From NCBI GenBank assembly GCA_963727775.1, contig CAVSHB010000001.1:1280001-1344000 (forward strand): a stretch of DNA of 64,000 nucleotides, read 5' to 3'. Within the stretch, counting starts at the first letter, position 1. Each line of letters opens with the position of its first letter. The stretch comes from an uncultured Nitrospiraceae bacterium (GTDB lineage: Bacteria; Nitrospirota; Thermodesulfovibrionia; Thermodesulfovibrionales; SM23-35). The notes below the pieces were generated by a model. That model saw only the letters and a list, made by a program, of their open reading frames with translations, was not told the origin of the DNA and ran no database searches. The position numbers and the translations under genes are program-made. Below are positions 18,345 through 28,794 of the stretch, piece by piece.

Positions 18345-20587
18345 TCAATACCTCACAAGCTTAATTTTATACAATAAATTATAGAACAGATGCTTAACCA
18401 AATATTTCCTTACATTCTTGTCGACTTCCTCCCGCGATACGACTCGTCGATGACACCTCTGGCGGATACGATCCATTTCTTGTTGTCCTGCTGAGATATT
18501 TGCCGAAGTCTTCTGGAGCTGATGCACTCTGAATGCGCCGAGAAAACGAGGGAGCCTGGCAAATCTGGCGCCGGCGTCACGGAATCGAAGTATCAAATCC
18601 CAGTCCATGGCAAACAGGAAACTTTCATCGATATACCCTCCGACCTTATCCCAGATTCTCCTCCTCCAGAAGAGCGTTTCCTGCGGCACATAATCCGCCC
18701 AGGATAATATCTCATCGTTATGCGGCGGGAGAACCCAACGTCCAATCTCCCGGTCAAGCAAGTCTATTAGAACCCTGTGCCCATAGACGACATCAACATC
18801 AGGGTGCGTCTCAAAAAACCCCGCCACATAGTGCAGGGTGCCCGGAAGGAGCAAATCATCAGAATTCAGATATGCCATAATTTCACCTGTTGTATGCTTG
18901 AACCCAATGTTGATGGCATTCGCCTGGCCCTTGTCCTCAGCTAACTCACAGTGGGAAAGCGATTCCCGATACCTTTCCAGTATTTCCCTTGTACCGTCAA
19001 CAGAGTCACCATCCTGGACAACATACTCCAGTTTCGGATAGTGTTGACTCAGCACACTTATTACAGTGCGTTCAATAAAATCTGCCTGATTAAAGGATGG
19101 CGTAACCATAGAGATAACGGGGAAAGAATCCAATATCTTTGTAAAAGTATAATGCTTCGGGACACTCATGGGTTTGGGCTTATGTTGATAGAGAACACCG
19201 AGACGCGGCAAAAATAAATTCGGCAACAGGTTTCCTAAGAAACTATTGAACCTGCGTAAGAAAACTGTTTGAACGCGTTTTAAAATATTGTAGACCCCGA
19301 TTTTGTCGGAAATAATAAAAATGATTGTCTTAAATGCAAAAGGCAAACTGACAAAAGATTCGATCCTTTCCTGTTCCGACATAAAACGGGAATAAATCTC
19401 ATCAATCGTATACTGAACGTTCCTTGCGCTATCACTCGAATCTGGAGCAAAATGCCAGTATAGCTTATTAAGACTCCAACTTCTCCGGTATGATTCAAAG
19501 TCATCAAAAAGGGCAATTATTTCACGAAGACAATCTTTAGTTTCCCTTGTTTTTGAAAAAGCGTATCCTTTTTCAATCAAGGGTTTCCTCAAGTTTTCGT
19601 CAAAATAGAGTCTATGAATTTTTTCTGCGAGATCTTTCTCGTTTCTTGGATCAAAAAGGATGGCTGCATCCTTGAGATGTTCATGCGAACCCAAGATCGA
19701 GGCAGCTAATACGGGGCATCCGAATGCAAAGGCCTCAAGGGGAGGGAAATTATCAGGTCCAAAAAATGAAGGATAGACAAGGGCGAAAGCATTTTTATAG
19801 AGAGAAGCCAGTACATGACGGTCAACAAAGCCTTTGAAGATTATCTTCTTTGTCAACCCTAATTTCACCGCAACCTCTTTCACATGACCGAGATTTCCCA
19901 TATCTGAACCGGTAAAGACAAGATGAAAATCGTGAGAATATTTATCGACAAGAATTCTTAGGGCATGGAGTAAAACTATATGATTTTTATGGGGCCAGAA
20001 TTGAGCAGGATAGAAAAGAAAAGGCTTTGGGACATCATTAAAAAGTGTATCACTTATTTTCTTGTAATCGAAAACCCAATTCGGGGTTGGGAAAGAGATT
20101 ACTTTAATCCTTTCGTTTAATACGCGGTAAAAATCGTGTATTTCTTCTTTCCTTTCTCTGTGCCGGTAATAACACAAGCTGCTCTGGGAAGGAATTCCCT
20201 GTAGTTGGTTTCTCTTTTATCCCAGGTCCACCCGGTTTGGCTGACTTCAGGGAAAAAAGGCTGTTTTCTGTGCTCTAGGTCCAAAACTGTGCAGATGATC
20301 GGGAGATGGACGTGCTCGAAAGGAGGCACCATGAACCAGCAGATATCTATCTTGTGTTTCAGCAACTGAAAGGACAAATCAGTAATATTGTCCTGACGAG
20401 TTACCGTTTTGCCCAACGATATAAAATTCCAGCGCTCATTTCCAAGTGTAAATCCCTCACCATAGTGAAAAAAATAAAAATCGTGTTTCCCGTTATATTT
20501 GGTAAGTTCTTCAACAAGGTCCTCCTGATAAGTATATCCTCCCCCGAATTCCTTAGGCTGATATCCTAAACAGACGCCTATCCTCAT
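18345..20587 (-). pseudogene. GT4-GT2 bifunctional glycosyltransferase split by a single-base frameshift near 20148-20150
   Basis: ORF 20117..20587 ends ...VITGTEKG and ORF 18345..20177 continues KEEIHDFY...; adding one A joins them. GT4 motif YPAQFWPHKNH...PPLEAFAFGCPV and GT2 motif VTPSFNQ...YLNSDD are both present. Confidence 0.75.
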
Positions 20588-20643
20588 TTTCCCTCACACA
20601 TTCTATCAGTATACCGATTTCCCAGATTGCGGACTACTTTCCC

Positions 20644-22044
20644 TCACTGATTTCCCTGCAATCTTCCGACAAACAAGATTCGGTCGGGCTCGAACCGCAA
20701 TTCAGCAACGCAATTAAAATGCTTTTCAAATGCTTTTCTCAAAGACCATCTGTCACACCATTCAGATTGCGGCACTGAAGCGTCGAGCCTATTACAGGGT
20801 TTTGAAATCATAAATTCGACAAAAGCATAATCGTTTGTATAACTCGCCAGACTCTTCAATATACTCTCCAGGGGATATTGCTGCAAATAACGCTCCAAAG
20901 GTACCGCAGCCACTGCCTGTGCTTTAAGCCGTTCGGCAGGTTCTGGATCTGCTAAATCCACAACAGCCGGAGTAATCGGAAAGCTCCTGTTCTTTGCGAA
21001 TGTATATGCCTTCTCGATCGCAGATGGGTCGTTATCAATACAAACCACTTGTTTAACTGACGTCTGTATCAACAACCTTTCCAAGAACTGAACGTTGGGG
21101 CCTCCAAATTGAACGACAGAAGAAATGTTTTCCGACTCAATCAGGCGGAGTATTTCGTCAAGATAAGGGGAAGAAGACACTTCGCCGCGTGCTCCGTGGA
21201 TATTGTGATGACAAGACCGTGCGCTGCCAGTTGGTCCAAAAGTTATCTGCTCTATTTTTCTTGAGAGCGATCGAGAGGTTGTATGCCTGAACAGCCACGC
21301 CCTTTTCCTCATAAACATGAGCAATTTTCCATTCAGGCGAGAATGCGCTCGTCTTATTTCTTCATTCTCACAAAAGGGTAAGACCATCGCAGAGAAATAC
21401 AAGGAGATCAGTTTTCTCAATGCAGCAGGATTAACCCGTCTCAAGAGTCCCCATTTCCAGAGCAGATAGCTTTTATGCAGCCGGACAGCAAGCGTATTAG
21501 CGCCCTGTTCATCTCCAAGCGAGTACACCTTGAGGGGATAGTAGTACAACTGCAGAAATTCAGGGTAGCACCTAAAACAATCCCTGTTTTCTTTTGTTTC
21601 AACTTCACCTCTTATAAAACTCCCGATATCGATATAAATAGGACGAGAACCGTCAAACAGTATATTCCCAGGATGACAATCTTTTAAATAATATCCATGG
21701 TCAGCAGCTATCATTGCTATTCTTAGCACTAAAAGGGCAGTATCCTTTAACATGGAGAATGTCCATTCGCGGCAATATGTCACACGATCAATTTTTCTGT
21801 GCTCGATCACCAGATCATACCCATCAATCTCATAATCCGTAATCCATGAATCAATGAAAAAACCTTCCCCCATAAGTTCCTTAACCATTTCAGAAGCAAG
21901 AAGCTCTTTTACATGTTCTGAATATTCTTTATGTATCGCTCTAAATACATGTCCCTTCCAAAAGAATATTTTACCAACATTATCATATGTCCATTCACAG
22001 AATTTTACTTCCTGAATGGCGATGCGCCTTTTCGTCTTCAACAT
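20644..22044 (-). CDS. Kinase-like plus degenerate methyltransferase-like protein (NoeA-like architecture)
   Basis: EWTFSMLKDTAL..LKDCHPGNILFDGSRPIYIDIGSF resembles a kinase catalytic loop and DFG-like motif; C-terminal Rossmann-like VVCIDND..AIEKAY, YAFVEF. Confidence 0.6.
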   Translation of the reverse strand: MLKTKRRIAIQEVKFCEWTYDNVGKIFFWKGHVFRAIHKEYSEHVKELLASEMVKELMGEGFFIDSWITDYEIDGYDLVIEHRKIDRVTYCREWTFSMLKDTALLVLRIAMIAADHGYYLKDCHPGNILFDGSRPIYIDIGSFIRGEVETKENRDCFRCYPEFLQLYYYPLKVYSLGDEQGANTLAVRLHKSYLLWKWGLLRRVNPAALRKLISLYFSAMVLPFCENEEIRRAHSRLNGKLLMFMRKRAWLFRHTTSRSLSRKIEQITFGPTGSARSCHHNIHGARGEVSSSPYLDEILRLIESENISSVVQFGGPNVQFLERLLIQTSVKQVVCIDNDPSAIEKAYTFAKNRSFPITPAVVDLADPEPAERLKAQAVAAVPLERYLQQYPLESILKSLASYTNDYAFVEFMISKPCNRLDASVPQSEWCDRWSLRKAFEKHFNCVAELRFEPDRILFVGRLQGNQ

Positions 22045-22805
22045 TTCCGAGCCACAGCCACAATATGCCATATATTTTCAGTAATGTTTTCACATGTTGA
22101 AAACCCGGCAAACCATTTTATGGGAACAAACCCATTGCCTTCCAGGATAGCCGCCATTTCCTGTACGAGGAAGTATCGCACCACCTGCGTTTCTTTGAGC
22201 TGGGAATATGCGCCGTCATTGTTCAGCTCGAATATGCTGTACGAAACTTCACATGCCTGCCGGGAATGGTCAAGCGTCGTTTCTGATATCCTCAGGACTT
22301 CACCTTTTTCCGTTATCCATCGCCTGACCCGAACGGGCTCATAGTGACGGAGTATCGCTCCGGCATTCCAGAATTCGAACACTAATAAACCATCGGCATG
22401 TAAATGATGATGAATCCCTTGAAGGGTTTGTGTAAGTGCCTCATTAGTCACAACATGCCCTATGGAGTCGAATAGACAGATTGCCGCATCAAAGGGTCCT
22501 TTCTTTAAGTTCAGTGAACGCATATCCTGATTATAAAACTCCACTTGAGAAGACAGCCTTCCAGCCTTTTGGAGTGCGACGGCCAGCATGGAATTCGAAT
22601 AATCTGTCGCGGCAATCTCATAGCCCAACTTCTCAAGCTCTATGGCATGTGATCCTGTTCCGCATGCCAATTCAAGAACTGAACAGGTTGGCCGCTTACC
22701 GAATTCCTGCAGGCAGTAATGGACAAATGCCGCCTCTTCAGCATATGGTTTATCCTTATAGAAGATGTCATAGAGCTCTGCATAGCGGCCGCCATAGGAG
22801 TTCAT
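22038..22805 (-). CDS. SAM methyltransferase resembling amino-sugar N,N-dimethyltransferases (TylM1/DesVI-like)
   Basis: 255 aa; YAELYDIFY..KPYAEEA, VLELACGTGSH, DMRSL..FDAAICLFDSIGHV. Confidence 0.8.
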   Translation of the reverse strand: MNSYGGRYAELYDIFYKDKPYAEEAAFVHYCLQEFGKRPTCSVLELACGTGSHAIELEKLGYEIAATDYSNSMLAVALQKAGRLSSQVEFYNQDMRSLNLKKGPFDAAICLFDSIGHVVTNEALTQTLQGIHHHLHADGLLVFEFWNAGAILRHYEPVRVRRWITEKGEVLRISETTLDHSRQACEVSYSIFELNNDGAYSQLKETQVVRYFLVQEMAAILEGNGFVPIKWFAGFSTCENITENIWHIVAVARKC

Positions 22806-23953
22806 CTCGCCTTTTTCCGTCCCTTCATGGCCTTTCCTTTTTGGGCATGCTCATATGCTTCCTGCATGAAACGTGCGATTTTCTTCAACTGCCTCTCTTT
22901 CAGCGTATATGTCGAGGGAAGGTAGAGTCCCGTTTCCCAAAGTCTGTCAGCAACAGGGCATGGCATCTTCCTGAAGCCAGATATCGATTCCAGGCATGGT
23001 TGCTGATTCATCGGGCAGAAAAATGTGCGGGAATCAACACCCCTTTCGTATAACCATTGCATCAATAGATCCCTCGTCATTCCAAACCCGGACTTGATTG
23101 CAAGGGCATACATCCAGTACACATTTCTCGCCCATTCCGCTTCCATCGGGAGCTGAATACCCGGAATATCCGAAAGGTAATGATTATAGGTTTGCGCTAT
23201 ACGACGTTTTTCAGCAATGATATATTCAATCTTCTTGACCTGTACCAGGCCTAAGGCCGCCTGGTAACCTGTCATACGGAAATTAAAGCCAGCCACTTCA
23301 TGCCTGAAACGCGGCTTTGTAAATGCGAGGTTGCGCAGCAATCTGAGACGTGAGGCCAGGATTTCATTATTGGTAACCACCATGCCTCCCTCGCCCGTGG
23401 TTATTATTTTATTGGCATAAAAACTGAAGCATCCCATGTCCCCAAAACTGCCGGTCTTTCGCCCCCGGCATGTTGCGCCGTGAGCTTCGGCGCAATCCTC
23501 GATGATAGTCAAATTATACTTTCGGGCCTCAATCATAAGACGATCCATATCTACAGGATGGCCGTAAAGATGCACCGGTATCACTGCCTTTGTCTTTGGA
23601 CTGATAAGCGACGGAATTAAATCAATGTTGAGGTTCCAGGTATCTTTTTCCGAATCTACAGGGACAGGGATTGCACCGTTATGAACCACAGCCAGTGCAG
23701 TCGCAATATTGGTGCTGGCACTTACCAAAACCTCATCACCGGATACTATGCCGGCTGCCGCTACCGCAAGATGTAGGGCGGTTGTGCCACTTGTAACTGC
23801 GATGCCATACATGCTGTCAGAGTATTCGGCAAATTGTTTTTCGAACTCGTTGAGTGAATCCCCGAATGTCCCGGATAATTCACCTTTCCTGAGAGCTGCT
23901 GTAACGGCGCTTATCTCTTCCTTTCCTATGACGGGCTCGAAAACAGGTATCAT
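22802..23953 (-). CDS. DegT/DnrJ/EryC1/StrS aminotransferase (GDP-perosamine synthase-like)
   Basis: 383 aa; TSGTTALHLA, VHLYGHP, IEDCAEAHGA, FSFYANKIITTGEGG, GFNFRMT. Confidence 0.9.
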   Translation of the reverse strand: MIPVFEPVIGKEEISAVTAALRKGELSGTFGDSLNEFEKQFAEYSDSMYGIAVTSGTTALHLAVAAAGIVSGDEVLVSASTNIATALAVVHNGAIPVPVDSEKDTWNLNIDLIPSLISPKTKAVIPVHLYGHPVDMDRLMIEARKYNLTIIEDCAEAHGATCRGRKTGSFGDMGCFSFYANKIITTGEGGMVVTNNEILASRLRLLRNLAFTKPRFRHEVAGFNFRMTGYQAALGLVQVKKIEYIIAEKRRIAQTYNHYLSDIPGIQLPMEAEWARNVYWMYALAIKSGFGMTRDLLMQWLYERGVDSRTFFCPMNQQPCLESISGFRKMPCPVADRLWETGLYLPSTYTLKERQLKKIARFMQEAYEHAQKGKAMKGRKKAR

Positions 23954-24363
23954 CAGTCGACCTCTACAATGATTTTATCGTTCTCGGATCCCATAAACGG
24001 CCCCTGCTTCACACTGATACACTGCATATCCTCAAGGACACGAAGAGCATGAATACCGTGAACCAGCACAATCGCGTCACCGGGATTAAGCACAACTTCT
24101 CTCAGAAGCTTCTTCTCGTCGCTGTACAATTGCACTGCAACCTTACCGCGCTGCACAACAAACATCTGTTGAAGATCCGTAATTGTTTTTGTTATGGGTT
24201 TATGAAAATGGGGAGGTTCCACAAAACCGGCCTTATGCGCCAGAAGGCCAAACTGGAATGAGGATTCGGGTTTTGAGAAGAATGTAGTTTGATCAACCTC
24301 GGTATCTGCCCAGATTATTTCCGCATATGTAGTGTCTCCGAATTCTATCTTTTCGATACCCAT
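23953..24363 (-). CDS. Cupin-fold protein associated with nucleotide-sugar biosynthesis
   Basis: 136 aa; PHFHK...QMFVVQRGKV...GDAIVLVHGIH..VKQGPF cupin pattern. Confidence 0.7.
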   Translation of the reverse strand: MGIEKIEFGDTTYAEIIWADTEVDQTTFFSKPESSFQFGLLAHKAGFVEPPHFHKPITKTITDLQQMFVVQRGKVAVQLYSDEKKLLREVVLNPGDAIVLVHGIHALRVLEDMQCISVKQGPFMGSENDKIIVEVD

Positions 24364-24393
24364 AGCATTTTCTTGATTGATCTGCTTATCATT

Positions 24394-25194
24394 TCAGGAA
24401 TAAAACTTTTTCCAACTACTTGTTTCCAATCGTTTCAGCTCATTCGAGCAGCGCCAATAGCCTTCAGTTCGTATGAACGAATCTCTTTTATTGATCCTGT
24501 ATTGTATTGATCTCAACTCAATGTATTTAAAATGTCTTTTAAAAACCTGGTGTAAGTCATCTAAAGAATAAAATAGTTGCAAATGGTCCCGTTTGCACTC
24601 TTCTGCAGATAGCGACTCAGATCCAACAAAAACACCGTCAGAAACTAACGAGGCACATATTTTCCTAACCATAATATCCGTCGTATCAGCAGAGAAATGT
24701 CCAATCGCGCCGTCCCAGACAACTACCTCGTATGGGTTATTGGGAAAGGGTTGGTTGACCGCATCACAGAGATAATAGGTTATTTTTTCGGAGCTATTAT
24801 ATTCCTTGGCCGCCTTTATTGCGGTAGGCTCAATATCAATAGCATCTATTGATGAGCACTTTTCAGCAAAAAACCTCCTTGTGAAGAATCCATCGCCACA
24901 TCCTACATCCAAAAGTCTGTCACCCTCTTGTATCACCTCGGAACTGAAAAAACCCCTGTAAAGTGGGTACGCTCCAACGGAATAAGCGCTGAAAGCAAAA
25001 TCGAATGTATCTCTCCGGTTATCGTCGAAATGAGGAGGTTCATCACCGATTACCCACTCTCTCCTGAATTTACTATCATAATGTTTTTCCAACAGAGTGA
25101 GGAGAACCCTTTCACGAGACCGTCCACCCCACTTCGCGTACTCTAAAAAGAATCGCCATTTTCGTTTCATGTTATGCAGCCCCGGCAACAACAC
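24394..25194 (-). CDS. Class I SAM-dependent methyltransferase
   Basis: 266 aa (start may be 25170); LLDVGCGDGFF, AIDIE, VVWDGAIGHF. Confidence 0.85.
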   Translation of the reverse strand: MLLPGLHNMKRKWRFFLEYAKWGGRSRERVLLTLLEKHYDSKFRREWVIGDEPPHFDDNRRDTFDFAFSAYSVGAYPLYRGFFSSEVIQEGDRLLDVGCGDGFFTRRFFAEKCSSIDAIDIEPTAIKAAKEYNSSEKITYYLCDAVNQPFPNNPYEVVVWDGAIGHFSADTTDIMVRKICASLVSDGVFVGSESLSAEECKRDHLQLFYSLDDLHQVFKRHFKYIELRSIQYRINKRDSFIRTEGYWRCSNELKRLETSSWKKFYS

Positions 25195-25239
25195 TTCGTG
25201 TCAGAGGGTTAGCGGCCTTTTTCTGCACAATAAAATTAT

Positions 25240-26196
25240 TCATATCAGCCCGGAGAGGTCTTTTATTTTTACATACGCACCACTTTCTATGTCAACAACA
25301 ACCATATCTTTTATCGCCGCAAATCGTTTTATACCGGTAACATACGTCAACTCTCCCCTGGAATCCCGTGATTCTCTAAACCTGGATTCAACATATCCCT
25401 CTGCCACTGTCAACGGTTTCAGCCGGCCAATCTTGTCTTTGCGGATGAAATACGCATTATTGCCGCTGCTGTTGCATCCGATGAAAAAATAGCCCTTTTT
25501 TTCTGCCAGCAAAGATAATGCCTTTAGCGAGCATCCCCAATAAAGGTTTGAGCAGTGGGCTTTTGTCCTGTTAAAGGCTGCGCTGTAAGGAATCGTCACC
25601 GCAAGGTTCGGACCAAAAACACTATTGAATTCGATGATAACAACTACAGGAGTCACTACATTAATGCTTTCCCATATCCAGAAATCATTTCCATCAACGT
25701 CTATGCTCAAGATACCGACATCGCCGCTAAATCCGCTATCAGAAATGATACTGTTGATATTTTCCTTCGTTATAAACTTTTCAACCGCGGTCAACTCATG
25801 CTTCCAGCAGATTTCATGTTTTCTTATAAATTCAATATTCTCCCTGCTCGCATCAATAACAAGTCCCCGCCAATTATTATTCATGAGGAGAAATCTGGTA
25901 TTGGACTCCATATAATTCTCCACGCCGAATTCGATAAATGAATGATGAGGAATATCAATAGCATGTATCAGGTATTGAATAATGCCGTCATCCCCGAACT
26001 GCGAAAAGACCTTAAATTCGGTGTCGTGAATATTCTCAAAAACTACCTGCTGCTTTATATTATGGATGCAGCCCTGTGCAGCGAGGATCTTGAGTTCTTC
26101 AATATTTCTTAATATCATAGCGTCATTTCTCAATACAATATCGTTTCTTCCAGTCTTTTTCTTGTGATTAAAGATAGAACGCAGATAATTCATCAT
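25240..26196 (-). CDS. FkbM-like putative methyltransferase
   Basis: FSQFGDDGII, FIEFGVENYMESNT, LSIDVDGNDFWIW, GCSLKAL..GY.FIG..GNNAYF. Confidence 0.65.
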   Translation of the reverse strand: MMNYLRSIFNHKKKTGRNDIVLRNDAMILRNIEELKILAAQGCIHNIKQQVVFENIHDTEFKVFSQFGDDGIIQYLIHAIDIPHHSFIEFGVENYMESNTRFLLMNNNWRGLVIDASRENIEFIRKHEICWKHELTAVEKFITKENINSIISDSGFSGDVGILSIDVDGNDFWIWESINVVTPVVVIIEFNSVFGPNLAVTIPYSAAFNRTKAHCSNLYWGCSLKALSLLAEKKGYFFIGCNSSGNNAYFIRKDKIGRLKPLTVAEGYVESRFRESRDSRGELTYVTGIKRFAAIKDMVVVDIESGAYVKIKDLSGLI

Positions 26197-27917
26197 TCCT
26201 TGCACGAAAAGATAAATCCTTTAAAAAATGAGGGGTAATCAACCTTATCAAATGAATCAAACTCCTCTATGAGCTCATACCTCCGGGAAAAAAAGTCTTT
26301 GAATTCTTCAAGGCTGAAAAACCGATACGGAAAGCTTGCATCATAGATGTCGGGAGGAACCTTCTGGACGGTTATACAGTTCCTCCCGTCCGCTGAAAAC
26401 GGCGTTCGGTCAATAAGTATATATTTAACAGTAAAATCGAAAATCCTGTTCAACAGTTCATAAGGCTTTTCGATATATTCGAGAACACCGGAAAAGAGGA
26501 CGACATCGGGTACATTCCCTTTCCTTATGCAATCTTCCATGCTGAAATGAAATTTAAGATTTTCGCCTTCAAATAATTCTTTCCCGCATTTAACAAAACG
26601 CTCCTGTTCCACTACATTCCATGTCAGGGCTTTCAGATGCTTCAAGAATTTCCTGTTCTGGTAATAGGAAGTTCCCAGCGACCCGCCAAAGTCTATCAAG
26701 TTCAACCTGTTGTCATTCATGGAAGCGATCCATAACAGCCCGCTCAGGGTCGGCCAGGAATACTGGATTTTATCAAACAGGACAGAATCTCTCTCATAAA
26801 CGGTTTCACCGTTTTTCACCTTTAACGCCGCGTTCTTGACTTTTTCAAAAATAACCTCCGAGTTGTAACCCGTACTCTGTTTCCTGGCTTCTTCCCATGA
26901 GGAATAATCACCCCCAAAACCGCGCTTCGCGGCAGGCGGTCCGGCTTGAGTCAAAGGCGAACTCATTGAATTAAGGTTGCGAAGCATTCTTTGATATATT
27001 TTCTTCAATGTTATGGAGAATGAAACATGCCGGCAAGATTTCGAATCTATTAAAAAGGTATGCCTGCTGTCGTATTCATCCGCTTCTTTATCTTGCAACA
27101 TGAACGTGGGATGATTTATCCTTTCAAGGCTGAAAGTCTTTACGTTGGCGAGTTTATTATCTGCATCCTTTATATGGGAAGCATCTTCATGACCACAACC
27201 TATGTTTGAAACAAGATTGACATTAGGGGTAATGCAAAGACCATTCTGGCGCCATATAGCGAATAGCCACTGGTAATCCCAAGTATCAATTTTGCCTTCG
27301 TAAGTCAGCTCAAATATCCTAAGCCAATATTCCTGTACCAAAGTATCCTCGAAAACATTCCTGATCTGATTCTGATCCCTAAAATTCGGGAAATCAGCCA
27401 TCTTGAAATCGTAGTGTCTCCAGGCCCTGCGCCAGCCTGCCCATCCCCAGGTCTGGGGATACTTACTGAAATAATAACTTCCGTCTCCCCGTTTATTGTC
27501 ATCTTGAAAATTATCGCCACCAATCATCATTATTCTTTCATCATCCCGATATTTCTCCAGAAGATCCTGGCAGAACCAGAAAAAGCTTTGATTGGGTAGC
27601 GTGTCATCCTCAAGGATAATACCTTCGGTTTCATTTTCAAAAAGCCAGTTCGTCGCCGTGGACGCGCTCACTCCACATCCCAGATTTTTCTCCCTGAAAA
27701 GCAATTTGACTTCGCAGTCCCAGTCCACTTGTTTGACAACAGTCCTGGTAGCTTCACATTTTTCTTCGTCGCCTTTCACATTCCTTGGGCCGTCGGCAGC
27801 AACGTATAACTTGACGGGTTTTGCCTTACATATTTCGTTAAACACTCGTTGGGTTGTATCCGGGCGATTAAAAATAATTAACAGAACCGGAGCAGTTAAC
27901 GTCTTTTCTCTTTTCAT
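26193..27917 (-). CDS. Nucleotide-diphospho-sugar transferase (GT-A) fused to a putative methyltransferase (LIC12133/TIGR04325-like)
   Basis: 574 aa; N-terminal IFNRPD, AADGPR, IILEDD, WGWAGW, TWDYQW, NLVSNIG; C-terminal YERDSVLF, IDFGGSLGTSYYQ, ILIDRTP. Confidence 0.8.
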   Translation of the reverse strand: MKREKTLTAPVLLIIFNRPDTTQRVFNEICKAKPVKLYVAADGPRNVKGDEEKCEATRTVVKQVDWDCEVKLLFREKNLGCGVSASTATNWLFENETEGIILEDDTLPNQSFFWFCQDLLEKYRDDERIMMIGGDNFQDDNKRGDGSYYFSKYPQTWGWAGWRRAWRHYDFKMADFPNFRDQNQIRNVFEDTLVQEYWLRIFELTYEGKIDTWDYQWLFAIWRQNGLCITPNVNLVSNIGCGHEDASHIKDADNKLANVKTFSLERINHPTFMLQDKEADEYDSRHTFLIDSKSCRHVSFSITLKKIYQRMLRNLNSMSSPLTQAGPPAAKRGFGGDYSSWEEARKQSTGYNSEVIFEKVKNAALKVKNGETVYERDSVLFDKIQYSWPTLSGLLWIASMNDNRLNLIDFGGSLGTSYYQNRKFLKHLKALTWNVVEQERFVKCGKELFEGENLKFHFSMEDCIRKGNVPDVVLFSGVLEYIEKPYELLNRIFDFTVKYILIDRTPFSADGRNCITVQKVPPDIYDASFPYRFFSLEEFKDFFSRRYELIEEFDSFDKVDYPSFFKGFIFSCKE

Positions 27918-28024
27918 GTACTATATTAAATTATACTGAACATAAAGGTCGACAAAAGGTACGTTTATATAGTTCTTTCCTCGTCCATCTTGCCCTAAGT
28001 TAATACAGCACGAGTCAATTTCCG

Positions 28025-28780
28025 TCATCTTAAAACGCCTTCCTCACTTCCGGGCTGGAAACGTTCATATGCTCCGATAACAGTATCGGGGTCGCCCAAC
28101 ATCTTGGCCTTTCCATGGTCTAACCATAAAACCTTTTTGCAAATAGCCTTAACGTCTTCCATGGCGTGAGAAACAAAGAGGATGGTAACCCCCTTCTTTA
28201 TGAATTGGGCTATCCTCTCTTCGCTCTTTTTGGTGAAATGCGCATCGCCGACGGCAAGTACCTCATCCAGTATCAGGATATCGGGGTTTACCTCCGTTGC
28301 AATGGAAAAACCGAGACGGGCAACCATTCCGGAAGAATAATTCCTTAATGGCGTGTTGATGAATTCACTCAATTCCGAAAAGTCAACAATACGTTCGTAC
28401 TTTTCTTTGATCTCTCTTCTCGAAAATCCGAGTATGGAGGCATTGAGGAAGATGTTTTCCCTCCCCGTTAAGTCATGGTCAAACCCTGCGCCGAGTTCAA
28501 TCAACGGCGCTATTGTACCGTTCACTGTCACTTTTCCCTTCGTAGGTATTATGACACCGGATATGACTTTCAAAAGAGTGCTCTTGCCTGCGCCATTGTG
28601 TCCGATGATACCAAGCGATTCGCCTTCGCTGATTTCAAGCGTCAGATCCTTCAGCGCTGAAAAGGCCTCAGCCCGTGTCCGTCTCCCTTTGAGGTAATTG
28701 ATAATGTATTCCTGGAACGTATTTCTACGGTATTCCCTGATAAGTCTGTATACAACCGATATGCCTTGAAGGTTTATCAC
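28025..28780 (-). CDS. wzt: Polysaccharide ABC exporter ATP-binding subunit (Wzt-like, no C-terminal carbohydrate-binding domain)
   Basis: 251 aa; GHNGAGKST, YSSGMVARLGF, ILILDEVLAVGD. Confidence 0.9.
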   Translation of the reverse strand: MINLQGISVVYRLIREYRRNTFQEYIINYLKGRRTRAEAFSALKDLTLEISEGESLGIIGHNGAGKSTLLKVISGVIIPTKGKVTVNGTIAPLIELGAGFDHDLTGRENIFLNASILGFSRREIKEKYERIVDFSELSEFINTPLRNYSSGMVARLGFSIATEVNPDILILDEVLAVGDAHFTKKSEERIAQFIKKGVTILFVSHAMEDVKAICKKVLWLDHGKAKMLGDPDTVIGAYERFQPGSEEGVLR

Positions 28781-28794
28781 AATGGGTTCGCCCT

